Positions 19,861-28,875 of a DNA stretch of 39,671 nucleotides are shown piece by piece. The notes under the pieces are model-generated. The model was given only the letters and a program-made list of their open reading frames with translations, did no database searches and was not told where the DNA came from. Made by a program: the position numbers and the translations under genes. The stretch comes from Candidatus Methanoperedens sp. (GTDB lineage Archaea > Halobacteriota > Methanosarcinia > Methanosarcinales > Methanoperedenaceae). The DNA lies in assembly GCA_027460605.1 (NCBI GenBank), contig JAPZAN010000207.1, forward strand, positions 1 to 39,671. Direction: 5' to 3'. Positions within the stretch are counted from its first letter, which is position 1, and the number at the start of each line of letters is the position of its first letter.

Positions 19861-20754
19861 CTAAATTTCTTTTTTTCTGAAATCCAAAAACAACCTGGAC
19901 ATTGAATGCAATATAAACCCGGTAAATGTCGCGAAGGTCCCTATCAATGTCACCATGATCATGAACAACGTCGGTCCAAAAGGCAGTTGCCCGCCGGACA
20001 TTTTAATTTGCAGGAAATCTATTCCCATGCCAACCCCGACAACCATAAAAATTACTCCAGGCACAGTAAAATAATACAACGGCTTTTGCAGCTCTATCTC
20101 CTTGAGAATCCGTACCAGCACTTCAACCCCATGACTCACAGGGTTCTTGCTCGAAGTTTCCTCTATATCATAGTTGCAGTGTATCTCTACCTCCTTGAAC
20201 TTCAGATTGTTCTCCTTGATTTGTAGTAAAATTTCAGAACCTGCCGACATATCAGTATCGTTTATCCTTATCTTCTCGATCGCCTTTTTTCCGTAAGCCC
20301 TGAATCCACTCTGGCTGTCTGAAACCTGAATTCCGCCAGCTATATTAGTGGCGGTATCAAGCACTTTCATCCCTACTTTTCTGTAAGCCGGGACATTCTT
20401 CCCATGTCCTTTAATGAATCTTGATCCTATCACCAGGTCGGTACCGTTATTTAACGGTTCTAATAATTTTGGTATCTCTCCGGGATTATGCTGCCCGTCT
20501 GAGTCGATAATAACCATTGCATCAGCCTTCATCTCCCGGGCGGTCTTAAAGATTGTCTGCAGCGCTGCGCCATATCCCATGTTCGTCTCATGTTTTATTA
20601 CAACAGCGCCCAGGGCTTTGGCGATTTCTTGTGTAGCATCCGTACTGCCATCGTCCACGACGATTACTTTATCCACGTATTTCCTGCAGCCGATGATTGT
20701 TTTTGCGATATATTTTTCCTCGTTGAATGCAGGCATGGCTGCAATTATTGTAAT
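19861..20754 (-). CDS. DPM1-like GT2 (polyprenyl/dolichyl-phosphate glycosyltransferase) with two C-terminal TMs; start uncertain
   Basis: PAFNEE, VDDGSTD, IDSDGQH, GSRF, DSQSGFRA. The frame stays open upstream of ATG 20736 (EGGNITIIAAM) to a stop at 20767-20769. Confidence 0.85.
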   Translation of the reverse strand: MTIIAAMPAFNEEKYIAKTIIGCRKYVDKVIVVDDGSTDATQEIAKALGAVVIKHETNMGYGAALQTIFKTAREMKADAMVIIDSDGQHNPGEIPKLLEPLNNGTDLVIGSRFIKGHGKNVPAYRKVGMKVLDTATNIAGGIQVSDSQSGFRAYGKKAIEKIRINDTDMSAGSEILLQIKENNLKFKEVEIHCNYDIEETSSKNPVSHGVEVLVRILKEIELQKPLYYFTVPGVIFMVVGVGMGIDFLQIKMSGGQLPFGPTLFMIMVTLIGTFATFTGFILHSMSRLFLDFRKKEI

Positions 20755-21041
20755 ATTCCCACCTTCTTATTTCTTCGATCAAGAGCACTGGCATCTGTAT
20801 TAGTAACTATGACATTCATGCCATTCTCGGATTTAATCCCAAAACCAGTTAGTTCTGCGCCTTTGTTCCCAACGTGGCGAATGACCTCAGCGCCAGCAAG
20901 CCTGGCAAATTCAAAAGTCCTATCTGTGCTTCCGTCATCAATGACTACTACTCTATCAGCATGCTGTTTTGCGCCGAGTACCATGCTGCCAATAGTCACT
21001 TCCTCGTTATAAGCAGGAAGAATCACCGTTATGTTTTTCAT
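20745..21041 (-). pseudogene. Truncated N-terminal GT2 (DPM1-like) duplicate
   Basis: MKNITVILPAYNEE, VIDDGSTD, VIRHVGNKG, then degenerates with no DxD; overlaps the next GT2 out of frame. Confidence 0.65.
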
Positions 21042-21273
21042 GTGTATTTTCCTGAAGGGGCTTTAATAGAGAGACCAAATATATTTAAAAATCCCTTGAA
21101 ACGATGCTATAACCTAACCTATATAAAAAGCTATTGTAATCGCAGAGCCCGCTGAACCGTTAACACATTAAGACAATTTTTCTCTTGTACTGGAAGGCAG
21201 TTCATGATAACAAAAGGCAATAAACCGCCCGCAAGCCGGCGTTTTTCCTGGGCAAAGCCAGCACAGATTGACA

Positions 21274-22476
21274 TTATACTCCTTTTAGTAATTCTGCAGT
21301 ATTCATGCGGCTTATATGCATTGCAGCAAAAAAGATGGTCAGTATCCCTATTATCAGGGCGATGACAAGCCCCATATAAAGGTATTCCGGTTGCAATATT
21401 ACCAATCCGTTGAATCCTATGTAAGCATAAATTACAGTATTTAATATCTGAGTCAGGGGCAGGCTTATGAGTGCGCCCAATGCACCGCCTGCAAGGCTTG
21501 CCAGGAGTCCTTCAGTTCCTATGCTTTTGAATATTGACCAGCGGCTTAAACCCATCACGCTGAGGATAGCTATCTCTTTCTTTTTCTCGTTGAGGCTGAG
21601 GAGCATAGTGTTTATAGCCAGCATTGTTCCCATAATCACTGCAAGAACTACGATAGAACCTGCGCTGGCTAAAGGCAAGCTGTTTTCCTTTAACGCCTTT
21701 TTCAGGTATTCCTGGTTCGTGCTGACAGTATATTGGGGGTATTTTTGCTGTAATTCTTTCTGGATATCTGCTGCCATGGCCGGGTTTTCGAGGCGGATGA
21801 TTATCAAGGTCACGCTGTCGTAATATTGATTTCCGGTTATGTCCTGCAATTCGGACAGGTACATAATGACCATTGGATTGGAGCTGAACTTGGAAAGAGA
21901 ATTTGTTAAACCGATTATTGTGAAATTCTGTGCCTTTGCCTCGGTTACCGTTTTACCTATGTGAATGGTATCCCCGACTTTAACGTTAAGAAGACTGGCG
22001 GTTCTGCTGTCTATTAGCACCTCATTTCTCCATTTGCCGTCATACCTGCCTTTATTATAATGCACATCACTGGTTAAATCCCTGCCTTGGATGATGTTCA
22101 CCATCGACCCTTGTGAACCTTCTAACCCTAGCGCGAAAACCGCCTTCGGCTCAGAATTATTTTTGGAGGCATATACCATTTCCGTAAGCATAGGTGTTGC
22201 CATGTCAATTACCTTGTTTTTCTTAATTTCTACAGCAAATTTATGCGAATCTGTTATCCTGGACTCTGCCGTTCCCATGTATTGGGATTGGAGGTCGGAA
22301 GCTGTCCCTGTTACCCACAGGTGAATGCTGCTTTGCTCCAGGATTTTGCCCCCTGTGGTAAGAAGCCCGTTGCCTATGGAAGCAAGAAGAATTATAGAGA
22401 TGACCGAAAGTGCAACTCCCATGATGGTGAGGGTTGTCCTGAGTTTGTTTCTTGCCAGGTTTCTTATTGCAAGCAT
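21274..22476 (-). CDS. FtsX/MacB/LolE-type (type VII) ABC permease
   Basis: RNKLRTTLT, one TM, large extracytoplasmic domain, EKKKEIAILSVMG, three C-terminal TMs. Confidence 0.88.
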   Translation of the reverse strand: MLAIRNLARNKLRTTLTIMGVALSVISIILLASIGNGLLTTGGKILEQSSIHLWVTGTASDLQSQYMGTAESRITDSHKFAVEIKKNKVIDMATPMLTEMVYASKNNSEPKAVFALGLEGSQGSMVNIIQGRDLTSDVHYNKGRYDGKWRNEVLIDSRTASLLNVKVGDTIHIGKTVTEAKAQNFTIIGLTNSLSKFSSNPMVIMYLSELQDITGNQYYDSVTLIIIRLENPAMAADIQKELQQKYPQYTVSTNQEYLKKALKENSLPLASAGSIVVLAVIMGTMLAINTMLLSLNEKKKEIAILSVMGLSRWSIFKSIGTEGLLASLAGGALGALISLPLTQILNTVIYAYIGFNGLVILQPEYLYMGLVIALIIGILTIFFAAMHISRMNTAELLKGV

Positions 22477-22504
22477 ATTACATCACTTTTGAATGTATTT
22501 CCTG

Positions 22505-23260
22505 TCATATTACTCCAAGAGGTATAAGCCCGAATAGAAAGACATTGATCATTCCATGGGTCAGGGCTATAAATGGAAGGTTTCTTGTTCTCTGGAAGAT
22601 GTAACCTAACAGGAAACCTGCCGAAGTAGTGAACATTATTTCATATATATTCCCATATCCTGAGTGCATTGCCCCGAACAAAAGGCTTGCGATTACCAAA
22701 CCTCCAATACTTCCAATTGATTGCTCAAGCCGGGTCTGGACGATGCTTCGGAACAGTAGTTCTTCGGGAAGACCTGTGAAGATTATCATTATAAAAGTGA
22801 AAATCAGGATGTTCTGCAACGTAGCCACAGGCACCAGGCTCTCCACGATTATGGTATTGTATTCTATTTTGCCAAGCAGCAATCCCAGCGCGATGGATGC
22901 AGGAATGTATATTTGCGGTTTTCCAAAATAAATTCCGAGTTCATGTTTTGTGAAATTTTGATTTCTCGCAACATAATACAAGGAGATGAATATGGGACCA
23001 TATACCATAGGAAAAATGTAGATGGTCTTGCTGAAAAAAATGGGCATGGTGGTATTCAGAATCCGAAAAAGCGGAAGAAGAGCCAGTGCCTGTAGCATAT
23101 TGGAGAGCTCTGTGTCCTTGGTGTTGTAGGCTGTGAGGGAAAGTGCAAGAAGGGTTATGATATGAATCCCGATGCCATATCTGTAAGATTTAAAAAAGAG
23201 GAGGGCTTCAGCTATGAATATGGCTAATAGCGGCAGCATGATTGCAGGTTTTATTTTCAA
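22505..23260 (-). CDS. CPBP (CAAX/Abi) intramembrane metalloprotease
   Basis: EELLFR, LFGAMH, HGMIN motifs. Confidence 0.9.
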   Translation of the reverse strand: MKIKPAIMLPLLAIFIAEALLFFKSYRYGIGIHIITLLALSLTAYNTKDTELSNMLQALALLPLFRILNTTMPIFFSKTIYIFPMVYGPIFISLYYVARNQNFTKHELGIYFGKPQIYIPASIALGLLLGKIEYNTIIVESLVPVATLQNILIFTFIMIIFTGLPEELLFRSIVQTRLEQSIGSIGGLVIASLLFGAMHSGYGNIYEIMFTTSAGFLLGYIFQRTRNLPFIALTHGMINVFLFGLIPLGVI

Positions 23261-24165
23261 ATATCCTGGCCTCCGGTCAGGTTTGTTTTGATTTCTTCAA
23301 TTGAGGAATTTACCCAGAGATGTGTCTCCCTGTAGGGCGTCACGTTCCCTTCCCTGTACAGGAGGAACTCCAATTTCAGGTTGCTACCTGTGTTGTTTAT
23401 TGTAAAACTGACCGGCTTTTCCCAGGTTTCATTGTGTGGGAGTAGTATCTTACGTTCAAGGAACGTGTTATTTTTTATCTGTACCTTCAATGTGTAATTC
23501 ATATCCGAATATTCGTGGTTTACGATTCCGACTATCAGGTTTATTGGATTCCCCGGAATTACTTCTCCGGGGTAGTCAGCTGCTTTTCCCTTTGGGCCCA
23601 GTAAGTAGAACTCGGTGAACTTTTCACCCTGTTTCGGGGTTACTATGACATACACAAGCGTAAATAAAGAGACCATTATGGACAGGATAAGTACGATTGT
23701 CAGGATTTTGTCCGTCCTGTTTTTTTCTCCCATGATTTCGCCTTTGACAGATGCTATTGCCGCATTTAGAGAGATTTCAAAACGTTCTTCCCCGGGAAGT
23801 TCAAGGCGTCTTGAATGTGCTATTATCAATAAGCACAGGCTGAATAGTATCAGAGTAGCTAATATCGGCCCGAAGCGTATGCCCCATGGCGTAAAGTTCA
23901 ATCCCAATCCAAGAAGAGGCACTATGGCGATACTCAGACCGAAACTCAGGGCAATGCGTTCAATGCCGTCTAAGTCATTCTTTTTGGGGAAAAGCGCCGC
24001 AATCAAGACATAACCCGGGATGAATAGGACTAAGGGTATGCCAAGTATAGTTCTGATAATGGTTTTATCAAGAGGCGGTATTGTCAAGAATACGGTAGCG
24101 AGGAGGAGATATACTATGATCAACTTCAAGTCCAGCTGAGGTTCTTCAATGATGTGTGTTTTCAT
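23257..24165 (-). CDS. DUF1616-family membrane protein
   Basis: LFIPGYVLIAALFP, ERIALSFGLSIA, FTEFYLLG, AADYP, VNHE, HLWV. Confidence 0.85.
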   Translation of the reverse strand: MKTHIIEEPQLDLKLIIVYLLLATVFLTIPPLDKTIIRTILGIPLVLFIPGYVLIAALFPKKNDLDGIERIALSFGLSIAIVPLLGLGLNFTPWGIRFGPILATLILFSLCLLIIAHSRRLELPGEERFEISLNAAIASVKGEIMGEKNRTDKILTIVLILSIMVSLFTLVYVIVTPKQGEKFTEFYLLGPKGKAADYPGEVIPGNPINLIVGIVNHEYSDMNYTLKVQIKNNTFLERKILLPHNETWEKPVSFTINNTGSNLKLEFLLYREGNVTPYRETHLWVNSSIEEIKTNLTGGQDI

Positions 24166-24214
24166 AGGCTTTTTAATTAAATTATCCCTACAAATAATTG
24201 GATATGTAACAAGT

Positions 24215-25042
24215 TCAATTAAATGCTCCTTTCTGTTTCAGGTAAATATAAGCAAATAAAGCATACCATGCAGGAAATAATATGTATCCGGCATAGGTAT
24301 GTGCAGTCCAGACAGTTTCGCTGCCGTGCCAGTAGCCAGCGAACACGAGTACAACTAACCTCAGGATATTCTGTAATGTTGTGCCGGCAAGACCGAAAAT
24401 CAGCATATATCCTGCTTTCTTCCAGGGCAGTGGGGCATCAAGCATCATGAGAAAAAAAAGAGAGAGGAAAATGGCAAGGGAAGCGCTGCCCGAACATCCG
24501 GCGTCAATAAAATAATTCTGGGTATTACCAGAAACATCAAGGAAATGTATGGTTTGTCCCTGGTTACTGATGGGAATCAAAGGAGAAAGCAGGGTAACCA
24601 GAATGGTTGTGGTTGCCATGGGATAGAAATTTCCAAATCTGAAGACCAGTGGAGGAAATACAAGTGCAAAGCCGTATATGCCTAAAAGTGCCAGCGGTAT
24701 CCATGATGCTTTTCCGAAGAAGGCTGTAAATATGCCAAGCCAGAGCAGTAAAAGGGCAAAAATCTGAATCGGAGGTTCATCTACCTGGATGAGCATGGAT
24801 AGGGCTGAAAGAGAAATGCCAATAATTGTATAGGGCAGGTGTGTTTTAATATTCATTAAAGCAATTATTTGTTCTCTTTTCAAAAAAAGCAAAATAACAC
24901 ACATAGAGAGGACAATATATGGGTAAGCCCCTGTTTTTTCAATGTAGGCTGGCGAGAGCTTATCTAATGAAATACCTCTTTTCAGGAAAAATACTGCTGT
25001 GAAAACAATAGAAGTAGCTATCCATACGAGAAGCTTACGCAT
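24215..25042 (-). CDS. Archaeosortase/exosortase family transpeptidase (probable PEF-CTERM-processing enzyme)
   Basis: Multi-TM protein with Cys-Arg-His triad: DAGCSG, NILRL, AHTYAGY. PEF-CTERM substrate nearby. Subfamily (ArtC or other) not determinable by eye. Start at ATG 25042. Confidence 0.85.
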   Translation of the reverse strand: MRKLLVWIATSIVFTAVFFLKRGISLDKLSPAYIEKTGAYPYIVLSMCVILLFLKREQIIALMNIKTHLPYTIIGISLSALSMLIQVDEPPIQIFALLLLWLGIFTAFFGKASWIPLALLGIYGFALVFPPLVFRFGNFYPMATTTILVTLLSPLIPISNQGQTIHFLDVSGNTQNYFIDAGCSGSASLAIFLSLFFLMMLDAPLPWKKAGYMLIFGLAGTTLQNILRLVVLVFAGYWHGSETVWTAHTYAGYILFPAWYALFAYIYLKQKGAFN

Positions 25043-26186
25043 GCTTTTCACTCCAAAGATGCAAATATTCTTTCTCTATCTGCATGGCAATTTTCTGCCA
25101 TGTATATTCCTCCTCTACACGCCTCCGTGCCTTGACTCCAAGTTTCATCCGCATTTGCGGATCATTGAGGAGTTCCATTATTGCCTTTGCCAGAAGTTCC
25201 GGGCGCATTGGAGGCACGAGTACTCCCGAGTCGCCCAATGTCTCGGGAAGCCCGCCCACACAAGATGCGACCACAGGTTTGCCCATGGCCATTGCTTCGA
25301 GCATGAAAAGGCTGCTTGCCTCGATAATGCTGGGTACAACTGCAATATCTGCGCCCGCTATATAGGAAGGCATATCCGAGTGCGGGACTGCTCCCAGGAA
25401 TTTTATATTCCCCGTGTTTTTTGCCAGGAGTTCGAGCCTCTGCCGTTCAGGCCCGTCTCCTACTATAAATAGTTCGCACAGACCTTTTAAATATTCCATA
25501 GCCTTTATTAAATATTCTATACCGTTTTTCCTTACAAGGCGCCTCGCTGTTAAAATAACTGGCAATGAGGCATGAAGACAGCCTGTAACTTCAGGATGAA
25601 AGACGCTGGTATCCACACCATTGGGTATCATTTTAGCTTTAACCTTTCCATCCCACGCGGATACCTGCTGTGCGAAATATGTGCTGACGTGTATTTGTAA
25701 ATGAGAACGCTTCGCCAGCAGAATTGCAAGTTGTTTTTCAGCTGCTCTGTAGAACAATGCCAAGATCGGGTTCGTTAGCTTATCCCAAACAGGGTAGTAG
25801 GAGCCGTGGATAGTATTCACTGCAATTCCGTTGTGTTTTCCGGCAAGATAATTGGCAATCAGCCCTGAAGTGTATATATGCCCGTGATATATATCATAAT
25901 CATATTCAAGCTCAGGTTTTCTGGCGAGAATTGAGCCTAAAAATAAAACCTGCCTTAAAGGAGTTAAGCTACCTGAGCAATATGTATATTTCATAGTGCC
26001 AAGAAAATCAATACTGATTATGCGGACTCCATCCTTGTAACTACAGCCTTTTTTATCACATGCGCCTGTCAGAATGGTAACCTCATGCCCGCGCTTTACA
26101 AGTTCCTTCGAGAGCTGGAATACTGCCATTTCCACCCCCCCTATGCTTTCAATGGGATTCAGCTCATATATCTGGAGTATCCTCAT
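25035..26186 (-). CDS. GT4 glycosyltransferase (PIG-A/PimA-like)
   Basis: GGVE...QLSKELVKRGHEV, IPNGVD, RRLVRKNGI, VGDGP, EAS-x4-EAMAMG, VGGLPE. ATGA overlap fixes the start at 26186. Confidence 0.88.
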   Translation of the reverse strand: MRILQIYELNPIESIGGVEMAVFQLSKELVKRGHEVTILTGACDKKGCSYKDGVRIISIDFLGTMKYTYCSGSLTPLRQVLFLGSILARKPELEYDYDIYHGHIYTSGLIANYLAGKHNGIAVNTIHGSYYPVWDKLTNPILALFYRAAEKQLAILLAKRSHLQIHVSTYFAQQVSAWDGKVKAKMIPNGVDTSVFHPEVTGCLHASLPVILTARRLVRKNGIEYLIKAMEYLKGLCELFIVGDGPERQRLELLAKNTGNIKFLGAVPHSDMPSYIAGADIAVVPSIIEASSLFMLEAMAMGKPVVASCVGGLPETLGDSGVLVPPMRPELLAKAIMELLNDPQMRMKLGVKARRRVEEEYTWQKIAMQIEKEYLHLWSEKHA

Positions 26187-26920
26187 ACCTGCTCTCCCAG
26201 GGGAATTGCTCCTGAAATACAACACAATGCATTTTCCATAAGACTTTTTCGAAATAATGGCTCGAAAGATGGATGAAAGTAGAAGACAGCATAGCCGCTG
26301 GCTACTTGTTCTCTAAGCAATTTTAAGGCTTCATGGTCATTATGTTCCCCGATAGCTAAACTCACAGGCACCTGCCGTGTTCTTAGTTTTATTCCGAAGA
26401 GGTCAGGATAGAAGGGTTTTACTCCCATAAAGTCGCTGGAATATCTAAAACCGAACCCGTCAAGGACTTCGGGAAAAACCGCATTTGTCTTGAACCCCGG
26501 CGCTGCAAAACATTCCGGATAATAGCCGAAAGCCTTCTCGAACAGTTCGCATCCCTTTGATATCCAGCAGCTTATCTCTTCCCTGCTTTTATTATCGAGA
26601 TGGTTCATCCATTCATAATGGTTATAGCCATGAAGACCAAGTTCATGGCCGTGCTCCAGAATCATATTAAGTTCTTTAGAGGACTGCACATCCTTTCTGG
26701 TCAGGAGACCGGAAAACATACTAAAGCCATATCTCCTTAGGGTATTTCCAGCCATAAACTTCATGGGGTTCAGATAATGCCTGAAATTGCGGTAAGTTTC
26801 ATCCAGTCCTGTGGTTACGAAGAAACTCGCCCTTATCCCATGACTTTCAAGGAGTTCTAAGGTTGTTGGCAGCATCCTGGCATCCCTTACAGTGTCGATA
26901 TCAACCCTGACACCTATCAT
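26183..26920 (-). CDS. CE4/NodB-fold deacetylase, ArnD-like
   Basis: VRVDIDT, ASFFV, HELGLHGYNH, APG, YSSD; resembles the ArnD N-terminus (LRIDVDT...HEVGLHAWDH, from recall). Start at 26920 by ATGA overlap. Confidence 0.8.
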   Translation of the reverse strand: MIGVRVDIDTVRDARMLPTTLELLESHGIRASFFVTTGLDETYRNFRHYLNPMKFMAGNTLRRYGFSMFSGLLTRKDVQSSKELNMILEHGHELGLHGYNHYEWMNHLDNKSREEISCWISKGCELFEKAFGYYPECFAAPGFKTNAVFPEVLDGFGFRYSSDFMGVKPFYPDLFGIKLRTRQVPVSLAIGEHNDHEALKLLREQVASGYAVFYFHPSFEPLFRKSLMENALCCISGAIPLGEQV

Positions 26921-27681
26921 AAATAAGGTAATACTCCCACAAGTATTATGTTGTTCATGCTGTGCATGGCTATACAACCCATAAGGCTCCCGGTTTTATA
27001 GTAAAGGTATCCAAGGATTATCCCGGCAAAGAATGTGAAGCCCAGTTCAGGAACCGAGCGCCAGGTCATGTGCATCATGCCAAAGAGAATTGCCTGAGCA
27101 ATCAATGCTATCTTAGGGTTAAACATCCGCCCGAGTTCGTTCATTATTATCCCCCTGAATAAGAGCTCCTCTCCTAAAGCGACAAAGAAGGTCATGTATA
27201 TTATGTCCTGGGCTAAGTATTTTAACTCAAAAGCAGGGAAAGCTGGCGCCGGGCGCAGTATGAGGTACTCGATAATGCCCGTAGGGATTGCGAGCGCTAT
27301 TCCAATAAGAGCTATCCTGAGTATATCATGTTTTACTATACCAACCTCTTTAAATTCTATATCATGCTCGTACATATGCCAGAAGCAGAGGCCGAAAATC
27401 AGGGAATACACCATGGGCAGGAGAAATCTCTGTTCCACAAAGAACCACGGCAGCGAGGAAGTGAAGAGCACATAGAGGGGTATTAAGGCAAGGGATTCTG
27501 CAGTTCTTGTGAGCTGGGCAGACATTTTTATAATTGATATTGTTATGTAAATAGCCAGGGTTATCAGTAAAGATAGCACGATTCCATAGCTTATATTGGA
27601 GTAAACGAAGACGTACTGCGAGAGCGCTATGCCTGCAAAAATAGATATAATGAAGAGCGCAGGAAGCTTTGCTGAGGACAT
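26917..27681 (-). CDS. CPBP (CAAX/Abi) intramembrane metalloprotease
   Basis: GEELLFRG, FGMMH, HSMNN. Start moved to ATG 27681 (MSSAKL). Confidence 0.88.
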   Translation of the reverse strand: MSSAKLPALFIISIFAGIALSQYVFVYSNISYGIVLSLLITLAIYITISIIKMSAQLTRTAESLALIPLYVLFTSSLPWFFVEQRFLLPMVYSLIFGLCFWHMYEHDIEFKEVGIVKHDILRIALIGIALAIPTGIIEYLILRPAPAFPAFELKYLAQDIIYMTFFVALGEELLFRGIIMNELGRMFNPKIALIAQAILFGMMHMTWRSVPELGFTFFAGIILGYLYYKTGSLMGCIAMHSMNNIILVGVLPYL

Positions 27682-27799
27682 GCGTTGTTTATTGGAGATG
27701 CTGTTATAAAATTGTATTGCTGACAATAAAGGCTCAGGATATTGTCTCTCAGGAAAGTCAGACTCTGAAAATTTGTAACTATGCGATGTGTAAAATCTC

Positions 27800-27965
27800 T
27801 TGGTGTTGAAGTCGTTTGGAAGGTTTTGCAGACTAAAGATGAATCGAGCCAGAACACAGATTGCACAGATATCACGGATGCTCACGGATAACGAAAAATC
27901 CGTGTAAACTGAGGTTTCAGTTTATCCGTGTCATCCGTATTCATTTCTCATTGTTCCAACACCAA
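27800..27965. repeat. Nested palindromic intergenic element (MITE/REP-like)
   Basis: Terminal IR TTGGTGTTG (27800-27808) / CAACACCAA (27957-27965); four CAC(A/G)GAT units (27855-27889) facing three ATCCGT(G/A) units (27898-27939); inner hairpin TAAACTGA-GGTT-TCAGTTTA (27905-27924). Confidence 0.7.
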
Positions 27966-28110
27966 ACTTTTTTACAGCCTCCGAAATATGCGAAGCTTTA
28001 TTAAATCCTGGGTACCTTAATGTCTATATAAATATTTAATCAATGCTAATAATAATCATAGTGATAATAATGAGAAAAGAAATCACGCATCTGCGCCTCA
28101 AAACCATCCT

Positions 28111-28775
28111 ATGAAAAATAAAATAAAATCTAACCGCAATATCATAATAGCTTTAATAAGCCTGCTGTTCCTTACAGGCATTTCGCTCAGCCTGAGCGAT
28201 AAATTAGAGCCCGTCTCTATCACGGTTTTGCCAGAGGTGCCCAGAGAAGACGTGCCTTTGTTTATATGCTTTAATATGAATAATCCTTCTCTGCAGGAGA
28301 ATACCATAAGCTACGAATTCTATGCAAACGGCAGACTTTTAATGCAGGGCAAAGCGTTGCTCTCCCCCTCTTCAAGCAGGAAATATAGTTACGTTTATCC
28401 TGAAGTTCCAAAGCCCGGGGAAAGAATAACATTTCTGGTTAAAAGCGAATCTGAGAATGGCTATTATGAGAAAGCGCTGAGTATGCCTGCATATCCTCCC
28501 CAGGTGTGGAGCAGCTTTGTGAGCTTTGCGAGCTTCTCAACTTCTCTGATGGGCTCTTCAATGGGCTCAACCATGGGCTCTACCATGGGCATTAATTCTG
28601 AGCAGTACTACAGCAAAAATTTCGCTGATAGCAGGCTTAATGTTGGCTTGATATGATGGAGAAAAGCTTTAATATAATAGGAAGATTGAGGCTCAGGTTC
28701 GGCAGGCTTTCTGCAGTATTGTTTATCATATTCATAAGTATGGTATTTACAAAGGTAGCGATGATAATTGGATGA
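28111..28775 (+). pseudogene. Membrane-anchored extracytoplasmic protein split into two frames (28111-28656 and 28653-28775)
   Basis: 181-aa ORF with signal/TM ends at NVGLI*. An overlapping 40-aa ORF MMEKSFNIIGRLRLRFGRLSAVLFIIFISMVFTKVAMIIG* carries a C-terminal TM. Confidence 0.55.
28549..28590 (+). repeat. 12-bp in-frame tandem repeat, 3.5 copies (MGSS/MGST)
   Basis: atgggctcttca atgggctcaacc atgggctctacc atgggc. Confidence 0.85.
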
Positions 28776-28875
28776 GGACAATGTTAAAACGTTAAGTACT
28801 TTGTACTACTTTTTCCGACAATATCTATAAATGGAGGAGTATATATGATTGACACCTTTAACTATAAAAGGGGAT

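Noticed and set aside
27682-27885. 68-aa N-terminal extension of the CPBP protease
   Set aside because: Non-hydrophobic and runs into the palindromic element; ATG 27681 gives a length matching the paralog.
27855-27939. CRISPR array
   Set aside because: Units are 7 bp at 9-10 bp period and inverted, with no spacers or cas genes.
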